Origin: an uncultured Verrucomicrobiae bacterium
GTDB lineage: Bacteria > Chlamydiota > Chlamydiia > Chlamydiales > Rhabdochlamydiaceae
Length of the DNA stretch: 64,000 bases
NCBI GenBank assembly: GCA_963806855.1
Contig: CAWDYW010000003.1
Span: 719,100-783,099, forward strand
Reading direction: 5' to 3'
Below are positions 9,553 through 19,709 of the stretch, piece by piece. Each line of letters begins with the position of its first letter. Position 1 is the first letter of the stretch. The notes beneath the pieces were generated by a model. The model made no database searches. It saw nothing but the letters and a program-made list of their open reading frames with translations, and was not told the DNA's origin. Made by a program: the position numbers and the translations under genes.

Positions 9553-10266
9553 CTATTTTTTCCGGTCTAGGAATTCTTTAAGTGTCATCGAGTATTGTTC
9601 TTCCAGTAGCTGTGAAAAGGCATTTTTTTCAACGGGAGTTTCTTTTAGGCGATAGAATCGAATGAGGTCTCCATCGATCGGAGAAGAAAAAAAGCAGGGA
9701 TGTCGAAAGACATAAGGCATCCTATGTGGTCCCCATTTCGATTCAAGACACAGATTGCCATCCTCATCGAAACGGCAGATCCCAGCATGAGTCGTACCAC
9801 CGACGTCATCACCTTGATAATCAAAGCTATTTGTAACAGTGCAGACTGCAAGATCCCCATCACGAGGCTCATCAACATTTTCAAAATAAGTGCTTACAAT
9901 AGGGTCAATATTATGCTCTTTAAGATATTGCTGAAATGTGCTGATTTTTATCCCTGAAATTGCCTCTAATTTTTCTCCAAAAGTACTGATCGCATACGCA
10001 TAACAGGTCAAAAATCTTCTTGGATCATCTGGGGCAAATTCTCCTACTCGGAAATTATAATGAGAGGGTTTGCCATTAGAATATTTATGTCCGATGGATT
10101 GACATTCTTCCGCATTGCAGTTCATCAATCTTTTCCTAAGGATGTCGGTTTTTGTATATCCATTATAGAGTCTGGCATAGGTGCGCCCCCCATTAATTCC
10201 CCATGCGGTGATGGCAGATCCATCGTATGGACAGAAAAGTCTTGTTCTTTTTGTAGCTTCGATCAT
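9553..10266 (-). CDS. hypothetical protein with NlpC/P60-like Cys-His motifs
   Basis: TCYAYA..DGDLAVC..THAGI..ESKWG; start moved to ATG 10266 because TTG 10287 lies inside a TTGAAA-N17-TACAAT promoter. Confidence 0.55.
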   Translation of the reverse strand: MIEATKRTRLFCPYDGSAITAWGINGGRTYARLYNGYTKTDILRKRLMNCNAEECQSIGHKYSNGKPSHYNFRVGEFAPDDPRRFLTCYAYAISTFGEKLEAISGIKISTFQQYLKEHNIDPIVSTYFENVDEPRDGDLAVCTVTNSFDYQGDDVGGTTHAGICRFDEDGNLCLESKWGPHRMPYVFRHPCFFSSPIDGDLIRFYRLKETPVEKNAFSQLLEEQYSMTLKEFLDRKK

Positions 10267-10330
10267 AGTTAATAATAATTGTATCAAAAATATTAATTAA
10301 TTTCAAGTATTTTTAAGTAGCTGATAATTA

Positions 10331-12037
10331 TCATTTAACATTCTCTAGCCAACGGCCATGTTTTTTGATTAATTCGACGAGCCGGTCATCGGCATCGGCA
10401 AAGTGGATATCTTTCTCAACGCAGGTCTTGCCCACGTAGAGGTCGATCATCCCGGGTTTGGAGCCGACGTAGCCAAAGTCGGCATCGGCCATCTCGCCAG
10501 GGCCATTGACGATGCAGCCCATAATGGCGATTTTGACGCCGGGAAGATGGGAGGTGCGCTCGCGGATTCTTTTGGAGACATCTTGCAGATCGAAGAGGGT
10601 CCTTCCGCAGCTCGGGCACGAGATGAAATCGGTCTTTGTGGTCCGCATGCGGGCTGCTTGCAGAATATTGAGGCTTAAATTGCGTAGGAACTCGTTTTCA
10701 TAGGGGGCGTTGATCCAGAGGCCGTCGCCCATACCGTCGCAGAAGAGGGCGCCAAATTCGGCAGCCGATTGGATGATGAGATCTTCTTGCGAGCAGTCGT
10801 ACTGAAAGGCTAAGATCACAGGAGTTTTTAGTTTGAGCCAATTGAAAAAGCGGCGGCAAGTGTTGAGCCGATCGGTCGAGGGGGCCAGAAAGATGAGCGA
10901 TGGATTGAGCTCTTCGAGCAGAGGCCATTTGTCCGGCGACTCGTCTCGGATGAGGATCGCTTGGGGTCCTTTTTGCGCTGTGAGCGCTTCGGGAAAGGTG
11001 CGCAGTGGCAGATCTCCGGTCCCAGAGAGGATTTCGCCATCGCCATTTGAAATTTTGATTTTTTTGTAGAGGTCCAGTGGAGAGCAAGAGCTGAGGATGA
11101 CGGCCCCGTCGCGATGCAACATGTCTCTATCTGCTTTTTTGATGGGAGCTTGGAGTTTGACCGAGGTCTCAAAACGCTCATAGGATTTGGCGAGCTTGAT
11201 CAGTCTTTGGCAGGGGTCGATTTCATTCCAGGCATCTTCGGTGAGCGAGACTCGGATGGTATCGCCGATCCCATCGAGAAGCAGTGAGCCGATTCCCATC
11301 GCCGATTTGATCCGGCCATCTTCGCCAGCGCCCGCCTCGGTGACGCCCAGATGCAGAGGGTAGTCCCATCCGAGAGCGGTCATTTCCTCAACCAAAAGGC
11401 GATAGGCTTCGATCATCACTTTTGGATTCGATGACTTCATCGAAAACATAAAATCGTGGAAGTCATTTTGGCGGCAGACACGGGCAAATTCGAGCGCCGA
11501 CTCGAGCATCCCGCGTGGAGTATCGCCATAGCGGTTCATGATCCGGTCGGAGAGGGAGCCGTGATTGGTGCCGATCCGCATGGCCCGCTTGAGACGCTTG
11601 CACTTTTCGATGAGTGGGGTGAACTTCTCTTCGATTTTTTCGATCTCTATAGCGTAAGAGGCGTCATCGTAAATAGTCGTCTTGAAGGTGGCCCGCTTGT
11701 CGACGAAGTTGCCTGGATTGATCCGCACTTTCTCGACGAAATCGACAACGGCGATCGCGGCTGGAGGGTAAAAGTGGATGTCGGCCACGAGGGGAATCAG
11801 ATAGCCTCGCTGGAGCAGCCCATTCTTGATCCCTTCGCAGGCCTCGGCCTCTTTCATCCCCTGAACGGTGAGACGGGCAATTTCACAGCCCGCATCGGCC
11901 AGGCGGATGATCTGCTGGATCGTCGCTTCAACATCGCGGGTGTTGGATGTGGTCATCGATTGGATCCGGATCGGATTATTGCCGCCGACGCCTACATGAC
12001 CGACCAGAACTTCTCGTGTCTGCCGCCGTTTTGCCAA
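10331..12037 (-). CDS. ispG: (E)-4-hydroxy-3-methylbut-2-enyl-diphosphate synthase, long form
   Basis: IQSMT, VADIHF, RINPGN, RIGTNHGSL, LHLGVTEAG, SCPSCGRT and MGCIVNGPGE motifs, plus an insert domain. Confidence 0.97.
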   Translation of the reverse strand: MAKRRQTREVLVGHVGVGGNNPIRIQSMTTSNTRDVEATIQQIIRLADAGCEIARLTVQGMKEAEACEGIKNGLLQRGYLIPLVADIHFYPPAAIAVVDFVEKVRINPGNFVDKRATFKTTIYDDASYAIEIEKIEEKFTPLIEKCKRLKRAMRIGTNHGSLSDRIMNRYGDTPRGMLESALEFARVCRQNDFHDFMFSMKSSNPKVMIEAYRLLVEEMTALGWDYPLHLGVTEAGAGEDGRIKSAMGIGSLLLDGIGDTIRVSLTEDAWNEIDPCQRLIKLAKSYERFETSVKLQAPIKKADRDMLHRDGAVILSSCSPLDLYKKIKISNGDGEILSGTGDLPLRTFPEALTAQKGPQAILIRDESPDKWPLLEELNPSLIFLAPSTDRLNTCRRFFNWLKLKTPVILAFQYDCSQEDLIIQSAAEFGALFCDGMGDGLWINAPYENEFLRNLSLNILQAARMRTTKTDFISCPSCGRTLFDLQDVSKRIRERTSHLPGVKIAIMGCIVNGPGEMADADFGYVGSKPGMIDLYVGKTCVEKDIHFADADDRLVELIKKHGRWLENVK

Positions 12038-12433
12038 TTATTGCCTCTTCAAAAGTTGATCGCATTTGGCGGCCAGAATGAAATCACTCTCAGATAGGCC
12101 GTCGATTTTGTGGGTCCAAAGCTGAATCTTCACTTTCCCATAGGCCAAGAGGATGTCGGGATGATGCCCCTCTTCTTCAGCCAGCGCGCCGACCCGGTTG
12201 GTGAAATCTAGCGCTTCGACGAAGTCTGTGAAGAGATAATCTTTTTCCAAGTGGTGCTCGTCGATAAGGCTCCAGCTACTACCTAGCTGCTCGTAGTAAG
12301 CGGCGAGTTCATCTCCTTGAAGGGGAGGGGTGTCAGAGTTGCATGGGATACATTTTTTTATTGTGAGGTCGCAGCAGGCTTCGGAATAACCTGCGATACA
12401 AAATAGGGTGCAGAGAATCGTTAAAAATTTCAT
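12038..12433 (-). CDS. pterin-4a-carbinolamine dehydratase family protein
   Basis: KKCIPC, AEEEGHHPDI, THKIDGLSESDFILAAK. Confidence 0.9.
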   Translation of the reverse strand: MKFLTILCTLFCIAGYSEACCDLTIKKCIPCNSDTPPLQGDELAAYYEQLGSSWSLIDEHHLEKDYLFTDFVEALDFTNRVGALAEEEGHHPDILLAYGKVKIQLWTHKIDGLSESDFILAAKCDQLLKRQ

Positions 12434-12547
12434 TTAATCCTCCCATAAGGTTATCAGATACAAGAATAAAATTACCGATCTTTTAATGGAAAAAAAAGTT
12501 GCAAAAGCAGACAATATTTAGAAATTTTTATCGTTCGGAGGAACTCG

Positions 12548-13168
12548 ATGCCAACTTCAATTAAAGTGACCAGCCCAGCAGGGGTATGTTGGGAAAAACC
12601 GCTTACTCAAGGAGAGTATAAAGAGCTCAAAAAGATCGGTTTTGATGGAAGAGACCTTCTTGGGATATTCTCTGCAGCTGCAAAGCCGGTAAGAACGAAT
12701 AATTGGACCAATTTTTCAAAAGATTTTTTCCTACCCACTGTGGTCACCTTTGTCTCAGTTATCAGTTTTACCATAGAAGAACCTGCAACGGTAGGTAAAG
12801 TGGCCATTTTAGGATTAAATTTGATTCTGCTCGTGGCTGCATTGGGATTGGATCTGATGACATTTCCTATTCGTCTAATCACATGTATTCCTCGTGCCAT
12901 TTACAACGCTCAAGCTCAGCCGATTCCATTCCACCGGTACTTAATCGAGCAAGGGGTCGATCAAAAGTTCTTTGAGGAGGGGCAGGTCATCGTCAATTTA
13001 CAACGAGAGAAGCTCAGCAGGGAGCCTACGAAGCAATATATTAATTTTTTTGGATACGTTCACAAAGAGCATTCAATGGAGCAACATTGGAAAGAGTTCC
13101 CTGTCAATCTGATCGATGTTCCTGCGAGTTATGACTCATTCTGGAGAGGGGGACGCCATTCTATTTAG
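12548..13168 (+). CDS. hypothetical protein with bilobed hydrophobic segment (Inc-like)
   Basis: GGAGG RBS; two adjacent hydrophobic stretches at about aa 60-112. Confidence 0.55.
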   Translation: MPTSIKVTSPAGVCWEKPLTQGEYKELKKIGFDGRDLLGIFSAAAKPVRTNNWTNFSKDFFLPTVVTFVSVISFTIEEPATVGKVAILGLNLILLVAALGLDLMTFPIRLITCIPRAIYNAQAQPIPFHRYLIEQGVDQKFFEEGQVIVNLQREKLSREPTKQYINFFGYVHKEHSMEQHWKEFPVNLIDVPASYDSFWRGGRHSI

Positions 13169-13177
13169 AAATCGATC

Positions 13178-14107
13178 ATGATTAAAGGAATCATATTTGC
13201 TCTAGCTGCCTGCTTCATTTGGGGGCTGATTTTTGTTGTCCCTGGATTCATGACGGGGTATAGCGCGCTGGAGGTCGCCCTCGGCCGCTTCACCGTTTAT
13301 GGAATGGTGTCGGCATTGATCTTTTTGCGTGGGAAATCTGTTGGGCGCTGTCGATTTCCGCTGTCGATTTGGTTCAAAGCGCTCTATTTCTCCCTCTTCG
13401 CAACGCTGGGCTACTACACGTTTTTAGTGCTCGCCCTCCGCTATGCCACGCCAGCCATCTGCGCCCTCGTTTTAGGGATTAGCCCGATTACGATTGCGTT
13501 CTATGGGAACTGGAGGGAAAAGGAGATTCCGTTTAAGACTTTGATTCTCCCATCGATCCTGATTATGATTGGCCTCGTCATCATCAATCTTCCCCATTTT
13601 GGTGCTGGAGCTTCTTCATCCTTTATTCTCGGTCTTGGTTGTACTCTTGTCTCTCTGACCTCCTGGAGCTGGTATGTGGTGGCCAATTCCCGCTTTTTAA
13701 ACCGGCATCCTGAAGTGGAACCCTCCGATTGGTCGACGTTGATTGGAGTGGGGGCTCTCATCTGGGCTGTGATATTTGCATTGATTCTGAGGCTCTGTTT
13801 TGAGGGTCAGCTGCAAATTGAAAAGTATCTCACTCCGAGCGCCGAGCTGAAGAATTTCCTCATTGGAAGTGCGATTCTAGGGCTCATCTGTTCCTGGGTC
13901 GGAGCATTTCTTTGGAATCGGGCCAGTCTCTATCTGCCTGTGTCGCTTGCGGGACAGCTGACGATTTTCGAGACCATTTTCGGAGTCCTGTTTGTCTATA
14001 TGTTGGACGGGCGGTTCCCTCCATTGATGGAGGTGATTGGGATCGTTGTGCTAATGGCCGCCGTGATCTATGGCATTCGGAAATTCAAGTTCGCTGCATT
14101 GAATTGA
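13178..14107 (+). CDS. DMT/EamA family transporter
   Basis: About 10 TM segments; FIWG..F, GRF and FETIFG motifs. Confidence 0.9.
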   Translation: MIKGIIFALAACFIWGLIFVVPGFMTGYSALEVALGRFTVYGMVSALIFLRGKSVGRCRFPLSIWFKALYFSLFATLGYYTFLVLALRYATPAICALVLGISPITIAFYGNWREKEIPFKTLILPSILIMIGLVIINLPHFGAGASSSFILGLGCTLVSLTSWSWYVVANSRFLNRHPEVEPSDWSTLIGVGALIWAVIFALILRLCFEGQLQIEKYLTPSAELKNFLIGSAILGLICSWVGAFLWNRASLYLPVSLAGQLTIFETIFGVLFVYMLDGRFPPLMEVIGIVVLMAAVIYGIRKFKFAALN

Positions 14108-14849
14108 AAATTTTGACCACCCATTTCTCTGGCAGCATGCGGAGCAAGGGGACTGCAATATAATGGTAAAAAGATGAGGGGACATACCTTTTCCTTTTCG
14201 ATAAAGCAAAGTCGATCATTTTTTTGGCCAATTTTTCTTTCGTCCACATGAAAGGATAGCTCCCTCGAATTCCAGGAGTGGCTGTCGGGCCTGGATAAAC
14301 GATGGAAAATTGGTTGACACTATCCTCATAGGTCATCGATAGACATTCGAACGCTTTTGAGACCGCCGCCTTTGCCGCGCAGTAGCCAGCCCGATAGGGA
14401 ACTGCGAGAACCGCATTGAGTGAGCTGGTCAAAACGAAATTCGCCCCTCCGTTTTTCCGGCAAATTGGCTCCCAGAAGGCGACCCATCCCAATACGCCAA
14501 AATAGCCAGTCTGGAGGAATTGCTCGTGAAGGGCGAGGTCGATATGGTTGCAGTGTTCAATCATCTGATCGCCTGTGATGCCTGCATTGAGAAAGAAGAG
14601 GGAGGGGCAGAGGTTCTTTTCCACAATTTGCTGCGAGGTTTTGGTGATATTCTCCAGCTGGGAGAGGTCGCATACTATCGGGATGAAGGCTTCCTTTAGA
14701 TCTTCTTTGATTTTGGCGAGTTTGTCAGCCGACCGGGCGACTCCAATTACCAGCCATCCCCGCTGCGCTAGATCGCGAGCGAGCGATTCCCCAATCCCAG
14801 ACGAAGCGCCTGTCACCAGGGCTACTTTGTTGTTCTTATTCACAATCAT
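14085..14849 (-). CDS. short-chain dehydrogenase/reductase
   Basis: TGASSGIG, NAG and YCAAK; start at MIVNK (14849). Confidence 0.9.
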   Translation of the reverse strand: MIVNKNNKVALVTGASSGIGESLARDLAQRGWLVIGVARSADKLAKIKEDLKEAFIPIVCDLSQLENITKTSQQIVEKNLCPSLFFLNAGITGDQMIEHCNHIDLALHEQFLQTGYFGVLGWVAFWEPICRKNGGANFVLTSSLNAVLAVPYRAGYCAAKAAVSKAFECLSMTYEDSVNQFSIVYPGPTATPGIRGSYPFMWTKEKLAKKMIDFALSKRKRYVPSSFYHYIAVPLLRMLPEKWVVKIFNSMQRT

Positions 14850-14895
14850 TTCAAATACGTCAAAGCAAATTAGAAATATATAGGATTTTTTATCA

Positions 14896-14959
14896 TGGCT
14901 GTTTTGGAGTGCAGTACAAAATAGCCACGTCCATTTTGGATAGCAGTACAAAATAGCCA
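14896..14959. repeat. two 26-bp direct repeats (period 32), probable operator
   Basis: TTTTGGAGTGCAGTACAAAATAGCCA (14902-14927) and TTTTGGATAGCAGTACAAAATAGCCA (14934-14959). Confidence 0.8.
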
Positions 14960-15047
14960 TTCGCAACACGCGTATTATAAGGTTGTTGCAATTCGTCTTG
15001 TAAATTTTATCTGTTTGGTGTAACATATAAAAAAGTTGGTAATAGAT

Positions 15048-16187
15048 ATGAAGCGATATTGTGAGAAGTTTATTATAGGGGACCTAATGAAAAAAATGGT
15101 CTTTATTGGAGGGCCTCGCCAAGTTGGCAAAACCACTTTAGGGAAGCGGCTTCTGAAGGAAGATCATATCCATGGAGAGTATTTTAATTGGGATAAAGAT
15201 GAAGATCGAAAGGCCGTGCTGAAGAAACAATGGAAGCAAGATAGCTCGCTCATTATTTTCGATGAGCTGCATAAATACCCAAGATGGAAGAGATGGATCA
15301 AGGGTGTTTGGGATTCTCGTGAAACGGATCAAACCTATTTAGTAACTGGCTCAGCGAAATTGGATGTTTATAAAAGAGGTGGTGACTCATTAATGGGCAG
15401 ATACCATTATTGGCGGTTGCATCCTCTTTCCTTGGATGAGCTGCCTGCAGGGATGAGCAAAGAGGAGGGATTTAAACGGATGCTCGCTTATGGGGGATTT
15501 CCAGAGCCATTTTTATCAATGGATGAACGAGAGGCTCGAAGATGGCGACGTGAACGCTTTGATCGCATTCTCAATGAAGATATAAGGGATTTGGAACAGA
15601 TCCGCGAAGTCCAATTGCTCCGTTTTTTTGTAGATGCTCTAAGAAATCGCGTCACTGGATTGGTGACTCTATCCAATATTGCCGCTGATTTAGAAATCTC
15701 TCCTAAAACCGCAAAGAAATGGCTAACCCTTATCGAAAAGATGTACATCAGTTTTGCCATTTATCCCTACACTAAAAACGTCCCTCGGAGCATTCTCAAG
15801 CCCCCAAAAGTCTATTTTTTTGATACGGGGGATGTCGATGGGGATGAAAGCACTCGATTAGAAAACCTAGTTGCAACTCATTTATTAAAAAGACTGCATT
15901 TTATTGAAGACTATCATGGCTATAAATGCAGTTTGCACTACATCAGGGATAAGGAAGGTAGAGAAGTTGACTTTGTCGTTGTGGTTGACGGAGAGGTGAC
16001 CGATTTAATCGAAGTTAAATGGAGAGAAAAAAAGGTTTCGAGTCCATTGTTATACTATAAAAATCTACTTAATCCCAAAAGAACTATTCAGCTAGTAGGG
16101 GAACTCGACCGCTCTTTTGATCAACATGGGGTCAGAGTCACGACTCCAATCGAATATTTCCAAAATCCCCCCTGGGAAATTTCTTAA
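15048..16187 (+). CDS. AAA_14/DUF4143 ATPase with C-terminal PD-(D/E)xK-like motif
   Basis: GPRQVGKTT, FDELH, TGS, GGFP, KVYFFD, EVDFV..IEVK. Confidence 0.9.
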   Translation: MKRYCEKFIIGDLMKKMVFIGGPRQVGKTTLGKRLLKEDHIHGEYFNWDKDEDRKAVLKKQWKQDSSLIIFDELHKYPRWKRWIKGVWDSRETDQTYLVTGSAKLDVYKRGGDSLMGRYHYWRLHPLSLDELPAGMSKEEGFKRMLAYGGFPEPFLSMDEREARRWRRERFDRILNEDIRDLEQIREVQLLRFFVDALRNRVTGLVTLSNIAADLEISPKTAKKWLTLIEKMYISFAIYPYTKNVPRSILKPPKVYFFDTGDVDGDESTRLENLVATHLLKRLHFIEDYHGYKCSLHYIRDKEGREVDFVVVVDGEVTDLIEVKWREKKVSSPLLYYKNLLNPKRTIQLVGELDRSFDQHGVRVTTPIEYFQNPPWEIS

Positions 16188-17062
16188 CCTGGATTGCGTG
16201 GGATTTTAACAGTGCAAACGCCTTGTTTGTAAACGCAATCAAAAATAGTTCCTTGGCCATCTGTATAAGTCATCGGCCCCTCTAGGATATTGTTTTCCCA
16301 GCTTCCGCAAAAGATTTCTTCAGTATCCTTATTATAATAAGTGCCTTCGCCCTGCTTGAGATTATTTTCAAAAGATCCAATGTGCATATGTCCAGAAAGG
16401 AATTTGGTTTGCCCCTGTCCATGCATATAACCTTCTTTAAATTCGCCTATATAATACTCCCTTCCATTAGGCGAAATTAATACACCCTCGCCATGACGTT
16501 TGCCATTTTTGAACTGCCCTCTATAAAAGCCAGAAGCATCCTGAAGCTGTCCTATACCTTTGACAAATGCGCCCATCTCCCATTGTCCTTCAAAATAATC
16601 CCCATTAGTAAAAGAGAGTTTTCCGTTTCCATTTGGCTTATTGTTTTCCCATCCACCCTCGTAAACAACCTGTTGCTTGGTTGGATAAGTAATTGTAATT
16701 TTCTTAGGAGATGTTTTATCTCCCCAGATTGCTTGCAATGTCGTCTTATCAGCAAGAATATATTTCCCTTGCCCAAACGGGATCCCTCTTTCAAATTGGC
16801 CGATATAGACGTTGCCATCTGCATATCTCAATTCTGCAAATCCACTAAAGTTATCGGGGGCCTTTCCATTAAAAATAATGTAGGGTGCGACTTTCTTTTC
16901 TTTAAGATCGTGAGATCGATCAGGCGCACCATGATTTCCAGTCTCTTCTAAGGTCCTTTTACGGACTTCTACGGCTTTATTTCTTGATGCGTCTTGATCT
17001 GCTTCAGGGAGTTTAAATTCTTGGCGTTGATGATTCTCTAGTTCAGCTCTTTTAATAAACAT
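16184..17062 (-). CDS. MORN repeat protein
   Basis: Repeated YxGxF/WxxGxxHGxG units. Confidence 0.9.
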   Translation of the reverse strand: MFIKRAELENHQRQEFKLPEADQDASRNKAVEVRKRTLEETGNHGAPDRSHDLKEKKVAPYIIFNGKAPDNFSGFAELRYADGNVYIGQFERGIPFGQGKYILADKTTLQAIWGDKTSPKKITITYPTKQQVVYEGGWENNKPNGNGKLSFTNGDYFEGQWEMGAFVKGIGQLQDASGFYRGQFKNGKRHGEGVLISPNGREYYIGEFKEGYMHGQGQTKFLSGHMHIGSFENNLKQGEGTYYNKDTEEIFCGSWENNILEGPMTYTDGQGTIFDCVYKQGVCTVKIPRNPG

Positions 17063-17485
17063 AATCTTTCCTTATTTAATTAAGGACTTAATTTTACAAA
17101 AAACAAAATTTAACGTCAATGATTTATTTATAATGCTTATTCACAATAGACTCAAACTAGATAAAAATAATATTTGACATAACTGCCGATCTGTAAATAA
17201 AATTTTTGAGTTGATATTAATGAAAATTTATAGTATAATTATTGTATTATGAACAGTATTTGTAATGTAAAATCTCCAGATATTCCGTTTTCTAATTTAA
17301 ATAGAAAGCTAAGTTTCTTCGCTTCTGCCGCAATAGGCCTTGGAATTGGCCCGGCACTGGGTACCTACATCCATGAACTTGCCCATGCGGTGGCGATGAA
17401 AATAGTTTTTGCAAATAGTCATCCATCCATTGAGTCTGGGTTTAAGTCGGGATTTTGTTCTTATAATTTTCAAGGTCCAGCTACC

Positions 17486-17700
17486 GCTCAAAAAAATCTA
17501 TGCAAAGCTATGCAAAACAGCTTCACACTGATACGTCAGGCGAGCAGCGCCTCTGACGATTCACGTGTTGGGATCTCACCAACAACTTCCGGAAGTAAGG
17601 TTCTGTCTCAAGAGCTGGATTTAACGAGCTCTTGGATCGGCTTTTTGCCGTTCGAAAGTGCGCTGCAAGCGCCGTTTGAAGTTTCTTACTCAATTGACTC
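17486..17700 (-). ncRNA. candidate TnpB omegaRNA/reRNA scaffold at the element right end
   Basis: Expected position overlapping the tnpB 3' end; hairpins GTTGG-TGAGATC-CCAAC and CGTCAG-AGGCG..CGCCTGACG; 5' boundary is a guess. Confidence 0.45.
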
Positions 17701-19099
17701 CAGAGTGACCATACATGCTTGTCCCGATTCCTTGCAGGTAGGGACAAGGTGACATGGCCATCTTTGCCATCAGGTATTTCACTGAGGCTTGAAGGCACTT
17801 TTTCAGAACAATCGTAAATATCTGCGGCCAATAGTTAAGGCTGCTGCTTGATGAATAGATAATCCATATCGTCTGGCAAATTTGATCCGCCCAATGATAG
17901 AGGTATAGGCTGGATTGACTTGGCTGAATGAAAACTCCTTTTTTGCTTGCTCGGGATTTGAGATGGGTGATGAATGGAGTTGTAGGCAAAAGAGGAGAGC
18001 ATGCGGGCATGGGAGGTGCTAGATTGTTTTCTCGAAGTTCAGTTTTTTTCTTTTGAAAGTCTAGATCTTCAATAATGAGGGGTTTATTTTTTCTTTCTGC
18101 ATAGGCTATCGCTGAGGCTGCGGCATCGCCAATGATCGCTCGTGTTTGATCGGAGCTTTTTCCATAGAGGTTGAAAGGAGATGACTTTTTTGGAGATGGG
18201 ATTGCCAAATCGATCTGTTTCAACCAAGGCGAAATGGTCGACGTTGATATCAAGTCCTATGACCCGTATTTTTGTTTGAGATGCAGGGTGCTGGTTCAAT
18301 GTCAAAAGTTGCAAAGACACGCCACCCTTTCTCATCGCGCTATGAAACCGCCAGCTAATGGCTTTGCCTATAGGATTGTTTAAAAGGTTTAGGATTTCTT
18401 CTTTGCCGTAGTTGAAATCCACATTGGAAATGAAGAGATATTTTCCTGTTTTCCGAGGGCATCAGGCAGTCGGATGCGAAGTTGGAGTGTTCCATCTGGT
18501 TGCAGAGTTGCTGTGCAGGTTTGATTGCCGGATGTCTCATCTTTGGACCCTAAGAAAAAGAGTTCTTTTGTGCGGGCATCTTTCCAGTCTTTGCGCCATT
18601 CTTCATGTGAGGCGTACCCATTTGCTTCCAGATCAAACTGCGCACGAAAGAGTTTCTTAGATCCAAAACAGCAGCGGACGATCCCTTTTTCATGATCTTC
18701 TTCTAGTTGATGGAGTTTGTCCTCTAGGTGTTTTAGTCTTCGCTTCTTTTGATGGATGACTAGTGGGGCAGCTTTGCTTTTAATGAGTTTTTTGATTTTT
18801 GCTTGCAAGAGAGGCGATTCTCTCTTTTGATTCTGCAATTAGTCCGGGGCGTCTTTTTTTAATGGAGGCGATCTTGCCTTCGACTCTGGACTCTTAGGGC
18901 ATTGAACTGCCTGGCTGTAATCTCATAGCAAGCGAGGTAATCGTTTTTAAGCTCTCCAGGCTGCTTTTCCTGAGGCGATATCGGCAAATAGGCGATGTCT
19001 GATATGTGTAAATAGATGAGCACACCCGAGCAAGATGTCATCTGCAGTGTGATCAACTTTAATGCGAGATTCAAACGTGCGAGTCGTTTTTGTTTCCAT
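17523..19099 (-). pseudogene. tnpB: IS607-associated TnpB-related protein, multiple frameshifts
   Basis: Fragments in order: METKTTRTFESRI, CFGSKKLF, GSKDETSGNQ, GLDINVDH (RuvC-I), IIEDLDF (RuvC-II), VNPAYTS..SIHQAAALTIGRR, KHVWSLW. Confidence 0.85.
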
Positions 19100-19121
19100 T
19101 AGAGTGTTCCTGCAGCTTCTT

Positions 19122-19709
19122 TTAACCTTCAAGGAGTTGTTGATTTTTCTGGCTTCTTGCACCATATAGTCTTGCAGAGAAAACGGTAATAATTTCAAGG
19201 ACGTCTTGTACAAGGTCATCTTCAAATGAGGAGCTTTCTGTTTTGTTAATGATCACGACTTCAATACCAAATTGCTCGCACAGTGAAAATATTAATTCAG
19301 CGCCGAATCGAAGTAAACGATCTTTATGTGTCAGAACGAGACGATCTACTTGGCTAAGGCAGATAGCGCGGATCAAATTCCTAAGACCCCGTTTATTATA
19401 GTTCATCCCTGATCCTAAATCTTCAATGACTTCATAGGTCCAGCCATTGGCTGCACAGAATGACTCTAAAACTTGGGTTTGACGGGTTAGGTCCTCTTTT
19501 TGATCGTGGCTAGAGACTCGTGCATACGCTAGTGTCTTTTTCTTAAAAGATTCTTTTCTTGGAGCTGCTCCTAAAAGAGTGGCCAGATTATATCGACGAT
19601 GCCCATTAGCCGTCCGCTCTACTTTGATTTTACCAGATTTTTCCCATCTGCGAAGAGTGTCGCGCGAAACACCCAGTTCTTCCGCAGCTTTACCAATACT
19701 TATTTTCAT
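19122..19709 (-). CDS. tnpA: IS607 family serine transposase TnpA
   Basis: ISIGKAAEELGVSRDTLRRW HTH; YARVSS, DLGSGMN, HKDRLLRFG, VFSARLYG; last codons probably frameshifted. Confidence 0.95.
   Translation of the reverse strand: MKISIGKAAEELGVSRDTLRRWEKSGKIKVERTANGHRRYNLATLLGAAPRKESFKKKTLAYARVSSHDQKEDLTRQTQVLESFCAANGWTYEVIEDLGSGMNYNKRGLRNLIRAICLSQVDRLVLTHKDRLLRFGAELIFSLCEQFGIEVVIINKTESSSFEDDLVQDVLEIITVFSARLYGARSQKNQQLLEG

Noticed and set aside
14902..14959. 26-bp repeats as a CRISPR array
   Set aside because: Only two copies, a 6-bp gap, and no cas genes
14850..15026. N-terminal extension of the SDR ORF (313 aa)
   Set aside because: Runs through the repeat/promoter region; the family motif begins right after ATG 14849
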